From: a virus | Taxonomy: Duplodnaviria > Caudoviricetes | Virus record (IMG/VR): IMGVR_UViG_2891407665_000023 | Location: 916-64,915 of that record | Direction: 5' to 3' (one strand) | Length of the DNA: 64,000 nucleotides | Shown here: piece after piece, positions 46,559 to 55,752 of the stretch | Numbering within the stretch: the first letter of the stretch is position 1 | Layout: every line of letters begins with the position of its first letter | The notes under the pieces: model-generated | Databases searched by the model: none | What the model saw: the letters and a program-made list of their open reading frames with translations, nothing else | Told to the model about the DNA's origin: nothing | Made by a program: the position numbers and the translations under genes

Positions 46559-47989
46559 ATGGCATTGATAGTTTGCCCTGAGTGCAAAGTAAAAATCAGT
46601 AAATATGCGGAAAGCTGTCCTCATTGCGGCTGCCCTATGAAGGTGATCGTAAGGCTTATTGCCGAGCAGGAGAAGTCGGCTATTACCACGGAACAGTCAG
46701 ATTTTACAGAAGTTGCCACAACAGAGAAAAACCTATGCTTACAATGTGGAAAAGAGGTTGCACAGGCACCAGGAAGAAAAAAGAAGAAATTTTGCAGCGA
46801 TGCATGCAGGAGTAAGTGGTGGGCGGCCCATCCAGAACAGATTAGACACAAATCCAATCGGACAATAAACTGCGCTTTTTGTGGTAAAGCATTTCAGGTT
46901 CATGGTGGGCAGAAACATAAATACTGTTCGCACAACTGCTATATTAAGGATAGGTTTTCTGAAAAGAAAGCAGATGTGTCGGCAGAAAAAGCATATGCCG
47001 ATTCCGGCACTTTTGAAAATATGAAAGGCCCAAAATCACCATCCGCGGATAGGAATGTTAAGAAAAAACATCCGAAAAAAGATGCAGTAGTATCAAGCAG
47101 TAGTGCAGTATTATCACTAGAGGATTCAAATACAGATATTGTTGAAAATTTAGCAGCACCAACTGCTCTTACCAGTAGTAGCAGCAAGACTACGGATAGT
47201 TCCGGTTATTTCACAGAGGAAGAGTTTAAAGTAATCCTGAATTACGGAATGACAATCCATTTAATGAAAAAAATGCTCGTGGAAGGCATTATAGATATGG
47301 ATGAGTATCTGCAAATGGAAAAACTGTTCCAGGAGAAATATAAGAGCCCTTATGCCCATCTTATGTTTGAAAAGCGCCGGGAGGAGTTGGATAAAATGGC
47401 AGGCCCTCCTATTAAAGCTGAGGTAAAGACCCTTGCGCAACGGACGGGAATTCCGTTTGGCAGGGATGACTGCTGGCGTTTCGGGTTTGGAGACGGCGGT
47501 GAAAAATATGAAGGCGAATATGCTGAATCTGATGTTCTCTTTCAGTTTCAGGCAAGACAACTGATAGGTGACTTTGGAAAAGACGGAGGCAGAGGGGTTA
47601 CTGTTTTACGAAGTGGGGAGGTGTTAGAGGAGCATTTGCTTGTGGCGTTCCTTTACCCTGATAGGGTGAAACGGTTTTACATTTCGCAGGAAGCTGTTGC
47701 TGAAATTGAGTCATACCTCCAGGAGAAAAAACTAACGATTCTCAAGCTTCCTGAAAATGTTATGAATGGGAATTATGAGGGAGAACATGATTGGGTGAGG
47801 TTTGGATCTAAGTGCATCACTGGTTTTCAAATTACTCGTTCTGATCCCAACCAGGTCAAAATGAAAGATGCCGTTTATTATACACGATATGCAGAGAATA
47901 TGGAAACAGAAAATAACATCATCGATATGTATGAAGATATAAGGAAAATGCTTGTATATGCAGGAGTTGACATCCTGCCTAAGAAGTAG
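46559..47989 (+). CDS. Multi-zinc-finger protein with internal SHOCT-like segment
   Basis: CPEC..CPHC; CLQC..FCSDAC; CAFC..YCSHNC; NYGMTIHLMKKMLVEGIIDMDEY. Confidence 0.75.
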   Translation: MALIVCPECKVKISKYAESCPHCGCPMKVIVRLIAEQEKSAITTEQSDFTEVATTEKNLCLQCGKEVAQAPGRKKKKFCSDACRSKWWAAHPEQIRHKSNRTINCAFCGKAFQVHGGQKHKYCSHNCYIKDRFSEKKADVSAEKAYADSGTFENMKGPKSPSADRNVKKKHPKKDAVVSSSSAVLSLEDSNTDIVENLAAPTALTSSSSKTTDSSGYFTEEEFKVILNYGMTIHLMKKMLVEGIIDMDEYLQMEKLFQEKYKSPYAHLMFEKRREELDKMAGPPIKAEVKTLAQRTGIPFGRDDCWRFGFGDGGEKYEGEYAESDVLFQFQARQLIGDFGKDGGRGVTVLRSGEVLEEHLLVAFLYPDRVKRFYISQEAVAEIESYLQEKKLTILKLPENVMNGNYEGEHDWVRFGSKCITGFQITRSDPNQVKMKDAVYYTRYAENMETENNIIDMYEDIRKMLVYAGVDILPKK

Positions 47990-48060
47990 CTTATGATATC
48001 AATATTCCGGATTGATTCATACAAATATGTTTTAAATAGATCAATGTAAGGATACAAGAG

Positions 48061-48147
48061 ATGAAAGCAATAGATACAGAATTTGCCAAATTTCTGGGCG
48101 TAGAAACACAGTTTTTTGTTCCAATTTATCAGATGTCAGGCAAATAG
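48061..48147 (+). pseudogene. 5' remnant of a DUF262/GmrSD gene (28 codons)
   Basis: MKAIDTEFAKFLGVETQFFVPIYQ then premature stop; resembles the DUF262 N-terminal F.IP.YQR motif. Confidence 0.55.
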
Positions 48148-48165
48148 AAAAGGAAGTGTAACCAT

Positions 48166-49881
48166 ATGAATAGCGAAATCAAACTCGATACAAAGCTGGT
48201 CGGGGATATAAAGGGAGACTTCTATATTCCATCATATCAGCGTGGATATCGTTGGGGTGAGACGGAAGTAGTTCGTTTACTCGATGATATTTATTCTACT
48301 GAGGGCAAAAGGAATTATTGTCTTCAGCCAGTTGTAGTAAGAAAAAATAGTGATAGGTATGAGCTAATCGATGGACAGCAGCGTCTAACAACGATTTATC
48401 TTATCTATCGCTTTATGAATGAAGAAAGCTTCGGCTTCATTGATGAGCCAAGGTTTACTCTTTCCTATGAAACTAGAGAGAAATCAGAGGATTTTTTAAA
48501 ATCAATCGATGAGTCCCGCAAAGAGGAGAATATTGATTTCTGGTTTCTTTGTGTAGCCTATGAAAGCATTAAGAAATGGTTCTCCGAAAGAGATAGAAAA
48601 TCGACACTCACAAACGTAAACAAGTACTTTGATGAAATTGTAAAAATCATCTGGTATGAAGTTGGTGAGTCTGAGGATGCCATTGGCTTATTTACCCGAC
48701 TAAACATCGGTAAGATTCCGCTTACAAACGCTGAACTTGTAAAGGCTATGTTCCTCAGCAAAGATACCGATGAAGATGTTGATAAGGAAAAGCAGGAAGA
48801 GATATCCCTTCAGTGGGACAACATGGAGAGAGAACTGCATAACAATTCTTTGTGGTATTTCCTGACGAATAAAACGAATGCAGACTACCAGACAAGAATT
48901 GATCTTGTCCTGGATCTTATTTCTGGCAAGTCTGCTAACAACAGAGAGAAGTACTATACCTTCTTCAAATTCGATGAGATACGTCAGACAAAGACACTTG
49001 ATAGTATCTGGCGTAGCATTCAGCAGACATTCTTAGTGTTGAAGGATTGGCACGGAAACCACGAGCTTTACCACAAAATCGGTTATCTTATTGCTTCTGG
49101 CACACTTACTCTGCAGAAGATTTTTGACCTATCAAAGGACAAAACCAAGGATGACTTTAGGGATTCACTTGACGGCTTTATCAGAGACAGCATCAAAATT
49201 AAGGGTAACTATTCGGATTTGAGCTATGAAAAGCCATCGGATCAGAAGAAAATTACAACATTGCTTTTCTTATTTAACGTCGAATCCGTTCGTAGGAATG
49301 GTGAGCATTCACAGTGGTTTCCATTTGATAAGTATAAGTTTGGCAAGGGTGGAAAAGTAACATGGAGCCTTGAGCACATACACGCGCAGCAGTCAGAAGG
49401 TTTAAGAACACAGGAAATGTGGAAAGAGTGGCTTACACTACATATTCCATCTGTAAAATCGGTAAGCGATGATGCTGATGAACTGATTGAACTAATGAAC
49501 AGCGCTATTGCAAAGGATAAGCTTGAGCGTCAGGAATTCGATGCTATCCAGCAAAAGGTGGTTGATCTGTTGTCTGTAAAAGGAAATACAGAATATCTAC
49601 ACTCGATTGCTAACATGGCTTTGCTGAGTTCAACAGACAATGCTGCATTAAATAACTCGACCTTTGATGTAAAGCGAAATGAAATCATTAAGATGGATAA
49701 GGCCGGTCAGTATATTCCCTTCTGTACAAGAATGGTATTTTTGAAGTATTATACTTCATCCGCTGACAACCAGCTTCATTTCTGGAGCCATGCAGATAGA
49801 GTAGCGTATGTGGATGCAATGAATACCACATTGGTAAATTACCTTGAAGATCCAATTATTCTGGAAAAGGAGGAAGAATAA
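48166..49881 (+). CDS. DUF262 + DUF1524(HNH) GmrSD-like protein
   Basis: IPSYQRGYRW; IDGQQRLTT; FTRLNIGKIPL; WSLEHIHAQ; NMALLSSTDN. Confidence 0.9.
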   Translation: MNSEIKLDTKLVGDIKGDFYIPSYQRGYRWGETEVVRLLDDIYSTEGKRNYCLQPVVVRKNSDRYELIDGQQRLTTIYLIYRFMNEESFGFIDEPRFTLSYETREKSEDFLKSIDESRKEENIDFWFLCVAYESIKKWFSERDRKSTLTNVNKYFDEIVKIIWYEVGESEDAIGLFTRLNIGKIPLTNAELVKAMFLSKDTDEDVDKEKQEEISLQWDNMERELHNNSLWYFLTNKTNADYQTRIDLVLDLISGKSANNREKYYTFFKFDEIRQTKTLDSIWRSIQQTFLVLKDWHGNHELYHKIGYLIASGTLTLQKIFDLSKDKTKDDFRDSLDGFIRDSIKIKGNYSDLSYEKPSDQKKITTLLFLFNVESVRRNGEHSQWFPFDKYKFGKGGKVTWSLEHIHAQQSEGLRTQEMWKEWLTLHIPSVKSVSDDADELIELMNSAIAKDKLERQEFDAIQQKVVDLLSVKGNTEYLHSIANMALLSSTDNAALNNSTFDVKRNEIIKMDKAGQYIPFCTRMVFLKYYTSSADNQLHFWSHADRVAYVDAMNTTLVNYLEDPIILEKEEE

Positions 49882-49882
49882 T

Positions 49883-52066
49883 ATGGCTACAACACTTCAC
49901 TCCTTTATTGATATTTTTGATACAACATTTGGAGAAGATCAGGAAGCAGTACAGCTGAAAAAGATCATTATTCCGATCATACAGAGAGACTATGTTCAGG
50001 GTAGAAGAGGTTCTGACGTTATTCGTGTTAGAGGTAGATTTCTTGAGTCTTTATATAAAGCCGTAACAGAGAAGCCGATCACACTTGATTTTGTTTATGG
50101 TGATATCGATGATGAGGGTAATATGACACCGCTTGATGGTCAGCAGCGTCTTACCACTTTATTCTTGCTTCACTGGTATGCTGCTAAGAAGGGCAACATC
50201 CCTGAAGCAGATTATAAGTTTCTGAAGAAATTCAGCTATGAGACAAGATACAGTGCGCGTTACTTCTGTATTGATCTTGTTGATTATAAGCCGGAATTCA
50301 AGCGTGCTATTTCGAAGGAAATTGTGAATCAGGCGTGGTTCCCGCTTGATTGGGAGAATGATCCTACAATCAGTTCTATGCTCGTAATGATTGATGCAAT
50401 CGATAATAAGTTTAGGAATGTATCAAATCTTTGGGGTAAGCTCAAAGAGAAATGTATCACATTCTATTTTCTTCCAATTAAGGATATGGGCCTTACAGAT
50501 GAGCTTTACATTAAGATGAATTCTCGTGGTAAGCCACTGACTTTATTTGAGCATTTTAAGGCAGAGCTTGAGCGAGAAATACGAAGCATGGATGAAAGTC
50601 TAGCTAATCGTATCATGGGCAAGATAGACCGTGATTGGACAGACCTTCTGTGGGAATATCGTAATAACGGTAGCAGTTTTTCTGGCGATAACATTATCGA
50701 CGATGAGTTCCTGCGTTACTTCAAATTCATCTGTGATGTAATTTGCTACCGCCAGGATGAATCACCGCTTGGAAGAAGCAATGATGAGTTTGACCTCTTA
50801 CAGCAGTACTTCTCAGCAAAGTGTCCGGATGCGATTAAGAATATAGAAACAATGGAGAGCTTCCTTGATTGCTGGTGTAACATCCCGGACTATGATTCAC
50901 CAACAGACTTTTTAAAGTCCTTCATGGCAAATAAGCATGAGAATGGAAAGATTCTGGTCGAGTCCAGATTTAACCTAAACATCTTTGAAGATTGCTTACA
51001 TGCATATTCTGATAAGACTGGCCGTATCAGACAGTTTCCATTAAACAGAATCGTGCTTTTATATGCTATTACTACATACCTGCAGAATACTGATAAGGTA
51101 ACGGAAGTGGACTTTAGAAGAAGAATTCGTATTGTAAATAACTTGATTCAGAATTCCGAAGATGAGGTCAGTGACAGAACAGATCGAAACAGAATGCCTG
51201 CTATTTTAGCTGAAGCAGATGCAATCATTCTTACGGGTGCCATTGATGATTCTATTGAGAACAACTTCAATGTAAGTCAGCTCTCAGAAGAAAAAGAGAA
51301 GATTACATTCTTGGAGTCTAATCCTGATATGGCAGATGCCATGTTCGAACTGGAAGATCACTTTTTGCTCAATGGTCAGATCAGCATCGTTGGTCTAGAG
51401 AACCTTACTTATACAAAGAGATTTGAATCACTGTTTAAGTGCAGCCTAGATAAGATAGACTGCGCGATGATGGCAATTGGAGATTATGGCCAGGTAGAGA
51501 GAAACAAGTGGCGTTATCAGTACGGATCAACATATCAGTTTGCATGGAATGAGCTGTTCCATAAGAGTGCGAATTCCGGATTTGATAATACAAAGAGCAT
51601 TCTCATTTCGCTGTTAGCTACAAATGAGGAATTCTCAAATGAGATTCTGAAAAAGATTGCTGACGATTATTTGCAGGAATGTGAGAGCAACAGCCTTTAT
51701 CCGCTGAGATACTATTACATCAAGTACCGCGAATATCGTCCAGGCTCATATGGAAAGATGCAAAACAACGCAGCTGTAACAAATCCATATTTGTTCTCAG
51801 TTATGCAGACAAAAACGCAGATGTCGCAGAATACATATATCCCATTCCTAAAGGTTGCTTCTGATTCACATCTCTCAAGAGATGATATGGGTCAAAGATT
51901 GATCTTTGGTGACGAGCATATAATTTGTACTAACAATTCGTATTTGAGAAGGAAAAATGATGATGATACAATAGTAGATACTATCAGCATTGCCCAGAAC
52001 GACAATGGCATTGATACCGAAGATAGAATCATCGCATTAAAGAATTACATCCAAGCGAATTTCTAA
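49883..52066 (+). CDS. Second DUF262 protein with long uncharacterised C-terminus
   Basis: IPIIQRDYVQG; LDGQQRLTT; YIKMNSRGKPLT; no clear HNH. Confidence 0.88.
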   Translation: MATTLHSFIDIFDTTFGEDQEAVQLKKIIIPIIQRDYVQGRRGSDVIRVRGRFLESLYKAVTEKPITLDFVYGDIDDEGNMTPLDGQQRLTTLFLLHWYAAKKGNIPEADYKFLKKFSYETRYSARYFCIDLVDYKPEFKRAISKEIVNQAWFPLDWENDPTISSMLVMIDAIDNKFRNVSNLWGKLKEKCITFYFLPIKDMGLTDELYIKMNSRGKPLTLFEHFKAELEREIRSMDESLANRIMGKIDRDWTDLLWEYRNNGSSFSGDNIIDDEFLRYFKFICDVICYRQDESPLGRSNDEFDLLQQYFSAKCPDAIKNIETMESFLDCWCNIPDYDSPTDFLKSFMANKHENGKILVESRFNLNIFEDCLHAYSDKTGRIRQFPLNRIVLLYAITTYLQNTDKVTEVDFRRRIRIVNNLIQNSEDEVSDRTDRNRMPAILAEADAIILTGAIDDSIENNFNVSQLSEEKEKITFLESNPDMADAMFELEDHFLLNGQISIVGLENLTYTKRFESLFKCSLDKIDCAMMAIGDYGQVERNKWRYQYGSTYQFAWNELFHKSANSGFDNTKSILISLLATNEEFSNEILKKIADDYLQECESNSLYPLRYYYIKYREYRPGSYGKMQNNAAVTNPYLFSVMQTKTQMSQNTYIPFLKVASDSHLSRDDMGQRLIFGDEHIICTNNSYLRRKNDDDTIVDTISIAQNDNGIDTEDRIIALKNYIQANF

Positions 52067-52090
52067 TTGATATGATTAAGGATCGTGCCA

Positions 52091-52523
52091 ATGAGTAATT
52101 CAGATAATCCGAGAAATGGTGCCATGTTTCAAGGCCAGGTTAGAGATTGGTTTCACAAGCAATATGGACCTGGGTTTGAGCTTGAGACGAAGATACCAAT
52201 TGGCGATCCGGCAAAGAAGCATCGATATTGTTAATTTGGATAAGAAGATAGCCATCGAGTGCAAGAGGTACACTTGGACTGAAACAGGAAATGTACCAAG
52301 CACGAAGATAGGATTTACAAACGAGGCTGCTTTTTATCTTTCGTTCTTGCCGGATAGCTATGAGAAGTACATAGTCATGCTGCGTTCTCATCACGAGAAA
52401 AGAAACGAGAGTCTTGCCGAATATTATTCCCGATCAAATATGCATTTGATCGGGAAAACTAAAGTGGCCGAGTATGATCCGGAATGTGATGAACTGCGTA
52501 TTATTAGCGCAGATAACGAGTAG
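52091..52523 (+). pseudogene. Frameshifted PD-(D/E)xK nuclease-like gene
   Basis: Frame from ATG 52091 (MSNSDNPRNG...GDPAKKH) stops at 52232-52234; the next frame continues DIVNLDKKIAIECKRY; shift at ~52220. Confidence 0.65.
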
Positions 52524-52546
52524 ACCTGTTTAGTAGGAGATGTACT

Positions 52547-52945
52547 ATGGATATGTTTCCGCATACAGGTGACATCCATAATGGTGTCTCGGGGCATGTG
52601 GAGACGGTTGTAATGCTTTCCCACAAAAAACCTGACAGCGTAATCAACGTAAAAGTCGAGTTTGGCGAGGGTGAGGGAAAAGTGCCGCTTGATAATATTG
52701 CCAAGAGAGCCGAAGCGTACAAACCGAAAGAGCGAGTTACATATAAGATGATTAAGGAATACATAGAAGCGAAGTATGGCTTCAAAGTACATACCGCATA
52801 TATCGCAGAGGTTAAAAGGGAGTTAGGATTGCCGATGTATGATGCCCCTAATGCGGTAGAGGAATTGAAACAGCCGAGGAAGCATCCGACGGCGGAGAAA
52901 GCGGAAGCGATAAAGGAGGCTTTGAAACACTTTGAGGTTATTTAA
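52547..52945 (+). pseudogene. rlmD: 3' fragment of 23S rRNA m5U methyltransferase gene with element-type C-terminal extension (att junction)
   Basis: DMFPHT...HVETVV motif X of the RlmD/TrmA family, interrupted by 8 extra codons; no N-terminal domains. Confidence 0.8.
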
Positions 52946-52952
52946 AACCGTG

Positions 52953-52989
52953 AGCGTATCATTAGAAATAGTGGTACGCTTATTTTTTT
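52953..52989 (+). terminator. Intrinsic terminator
   Basis: AGCGTATCATTA-GAAA-TAGTGGTACGCT then T-tract. Confidence 0.75.
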
Positions 52990-53004
52990 CGCTCATTTGC
53001 ATCT

Positions 53005-53033
53005 TTGAACATTCTGCCATTCGTCTATATAAT
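53005..53033 (+). promoter_or_regulatory. sigmaA-type promoter
   Basis: TTGAAC-N17-TATAAT. Confidence 0.65.
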
Positions 53034-53059
53034 GAAATCAAAAAAGGTTGGTGTTGATT

Positions 53060-53257
53060 ATGAGAGAAAAGAAAAATCATTTGTATGTGGATAGTGGGGA
53101 ACGAAGTATTTTGCTGCATAGCCTTGTGGAACTGAAAAATCAGCTCATACAGCAGGGCAGATATACGGACTGCGTTGACGAACTTATTTTTAAGGTTATC
53201 CATGCACCTATAAAAAAATTAAGAGTAGAACTGGCAGGGGGAAGTGATGTGCGATAA
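53060..53257 (+). CDS. Small hypothetical protein
   Basis: MREKKNHLYVDSGERSILLHSLVELKN...; downstream of a promoter. Confidence 0.7.
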   Translation: MREKKNHLYVDSGERSILLHSLVELKNQLIQQGRYTDCVDELIFKVIHAPIKKLRVELAGGSDVR

Positions 53258-53582
53258 GGAATTTAAAGAACTGGTGAAGATAGCAGTAGAAAAATTAAAA
53301 GACGAATCCGTATTGAAACTGTTACAGGCTGACGCCAGTTATCAAAAAGACAGTAAGGATGAGGGATATGCGGAGGATGCCTTTAACCAGCTTGATTTGA
53401 CGGAGGAACAAAGGGAAGTTTGCCAACGTCTTATAGATTGCAGGGAAAAGCAGGATTTTGAGTACGGCACTCATGCGTATATTGCAGGACTGATGGATGC
53501 GTTTCATATTATGGCGGTATTGTTCCCAGAAAAATGGGATACAGAGAGAATAATGAAAGCCTTATCATGTAAGAGCAGATAA
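53244..53582 (+). CDS. Hypothetical protein
   Basis: Overlaps the previous ORF; helical, YIAGLMDA motif. Confidence 0.7.
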   Translation: MMCDKEFKELVKIAVEKLKDESVLKLLQADASYQKDSKDEGYAEDAFNQLDLTEEQREVCQRLIDCREKQDFEYGTHAYIAGLMDAFHIMAVLFPEKWDTERIMKALSCKSR

Positions 53583-53732
53583 GGCAGAGAATAAAACAGA
53601 ATAGACTTTTACATAGCCGATTGGTGTAGTTTAGCAAATAAAACAGCCAGTCGGCTTTTTTTATTGCCATAAATCCTTTACATAGCCACCTTGACAAAGT
53701 GGCTAAATCTATGCGAAAGGAGGACGCACCCT

Positions 53733-54560
53733 ATGTCAAATTGCAAAGTAATCGCTTTAACAAACCAGAAAGGCGGTGTTGGAAAGACCACCACGGCGGT
53801 CAATCTGGGCGTGGCTCTGGCACAGCAGGGCAAAAAGGTACTGCTGATTGATGCCGATGCACAGGCAAATTTAACCATGTCGCTCGGTTACAGCCGACCA
53901 GACGACTTGCCCGATACGCTCTCGACTATCATGCAGGACATTATTGACGACAAACCCGTCGATGTTTCCAGAAGCATCCTGCACCATGACGAGGGCGTTG
54001 ACCTGCTCCCGTCCAACATTGAGCTGTCGGGGCTGGAAGTAAGGCTGATTAACGCCATAAGCCGTGAAAGCGTACTGAAAACCTGCATCAATGAAGTAAA
54101 AAAGAATTACGACACGGTTCTCGTGGATTGTATGCCGAGCTTGGGTATGCTGACCATCAATGCGCTTGCGGCTGCTGACAGCGTGGTTATCCCGACACAG
54201 CCCCATTATCTTTCCGCCAAAGGCTTAGAGCTGTTGCTTCGCTCCGTATCAAAAGTCAAACGGCAAATCAACCCGCACCTGCGGATTGACGGCATCCTTA
54301 TGACGATGGTAATGCCACGCACGAACATCTCTAAGGAAATTACGGCAACGGTTAAGAGTGCCTATGGGCAGAGAATCAAGGTATTTGACACTCAGATACC
54401 CCACTCCATCCGTGCCGTGGAAGCCACAGCAGAGGGAAAGAGCATTTTTGCCTACCACAAAGGCGGCAAGGTAGCCGCAGCTTACGAGCAGTTCGGAAAG
54501 GAGGTGGCGGAGCTTGGCGAGAAACAGAGAAAGCAAAATCGAGCTGACCGCATACGATGA
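53733..54560 (+). CDS. parA: ParA/Soj ATPase
   Basis: NQKGGVGKTTT; IDADAQAN; DCMPSLG; AGGAGG RBS. Confidence 0.95.
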   Translation: MSNCKVIALTNQKGGVGKTTTAVNLGVALAQQGKKVLLIDADAQANLTMSLGYSRPDDLPDTLSTIMQDIIDDKPVDVSRSILHHDEGVDLLPSNIELSGLEVRLINAISRESVLKTCINEVKKNYDTVLVDCMPSLGMLTINALAAADSVVIPTQPHYLSAKGLELLLRSVSKVKRQINPHLRIDGILMTMVMPRTNISKEITATVKSAYGQRIKVFDTQIPHSIRAVEATAEGKSIFAYHKGGKVAAAYEQFGKEVAELGEKQRKQNRADRIR

Positions 54561-55461
54561 CCTCTTTGAAACGGACGAGAGCCGTGCGGAAGCGAATCTA
54601 AGCAGGATAAGGGAAATCCCGATTGCGGAGATTGACGAGTTCCCAGACCACCCGTTCAAGGTCTTAATGGACGAGGACATGGAGCAGCTTGTGGACAGCG
54701 TAAGGCGGAGCGGCGTAATGACCCCTGCCACAGTCCGCCAAAAGGAGGACGGGCGGTATGAGCTTATCAGCGGTCACAGGAGGAAAAAGGCTTGCGAGCT
54801 TGCAGGGCTTGAAACGCTCAAATGCGAGGTCAAGGAGCTGACCCGTGACGAAGCGATTATTGTCATGGTTGAGAGCAATCTCCAAAGGACTACTATCTTG
54901 CCGAGTGAGAAAGCCTTTGCGTATAAGATGCGGCTTGAAGCTATGAAGCGACAGGCAGGCAGACCCACAAAAGATAATTATTCCCCAGTGGGTAATAATT
55001 TTGGATTTGCTACTTCAAGTGATGAACTTGCTGAGAAAGTCGGGGAAAGTAAAAATCAGATTTTCCGCTATATCCGTCTGACCGAGCTTGTACCCGAAAT
55101 CCTGCAAATGGTTGATGAACGCCAGATTGCTTTCCGCCCTGCGGTGGAAATCTCCTATCTGTCCGAGGAACAGCAATACACCCTGCTTGAAGCAATGGGC
55201 TACAATGATGCCACGCCCTCTCTTGCACAGGCTATCAAGATGAAAAAGTTCATGCAGGAGGGAAAACTCACGGATGAGGTTATCCAGAGCATCATGCAGG
55301 AGGAAAAGCCGAACCAGAAAGAGAAGCCCGCCTTTAAGGACGAGCGGATAACCAAGCTCATACCGAAATCCATCCCCAGAGGGCAGGAAACGGATTTTGT
55401 CGTAAAGGCGTTGGAGTTTTACAACCGCCATCTGCAAAGGCAGCGGGGGCAGGAAAGATAA
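54514..55461 (+). CDS. parB: ParB/RepB/Spo0J partition protein
   Basis: YELISGHRR; ESNLQR; HTH; TTG start after GGAGG. Confidence 0.93.
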   Translation: MARNRESKIELTAYDDLFETDESRAEANLSRIREIPIAEIDEFPDHPFKVLMDEDMEQLVDSVRRSGVMTPATVRQKEDGRYELISGHRRKKACELAGLETLKCEVKELTRDEAIIVMVESNLQRTTILPSEKAFAYKMRLEAMKRQAGRPTKDNYSPVGNNFGFATSSDELAEKVGESKNQIFRYIRLTELVPEILQMVDERQIAFRPAVEISYLSEEQQYTLLEAMGYNDATPSLAQAIKMKKFMQEGKLTDEVIQSIMQEEKPNQKEKPAFKDERITKLIPKSIPRGQETDFVVKALEFYNRHLQRQRGQER

Positions 55462-55752
55462 CCGCACACTTGGGGAGAAGTCCGCCCTTTGGGGGATAGC
55501 AAATTTTTTTGAATTTCCCCCTCTCCACACCTCTCCCCCTAGATACTGCCAGTAACTATCCGAGAAAAGAAATATGCGTAGGCAACGAGCCAATCGGACG
55601 TGCTTGCACGGACATTTGGCGACTGCCACGACAGCCGAATGACTTGTGCATTGTCATGAGTTATTCGGCGTAAAGGCTGTCCAGAGGGGCAGCTTTTTCT
55701 GTCAGCAAATCAATGAGCAACTATCAACATGAGAACGAACAGGAGGTAATGA

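Larger units (their letters stand above)
1..52600 (+). mobile_element. Prophage (siphovirus-like, HK97-type head, triple serine recombinase, integrated at rlmD 3' end); left end outside window
   Basis: Co-oriented replication, packaging, head, tail, lysis and recombinase modules; ends at an rlmD C-terminal fragment with att-like sequence at ~52547-52610. Confidence 0.9.
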
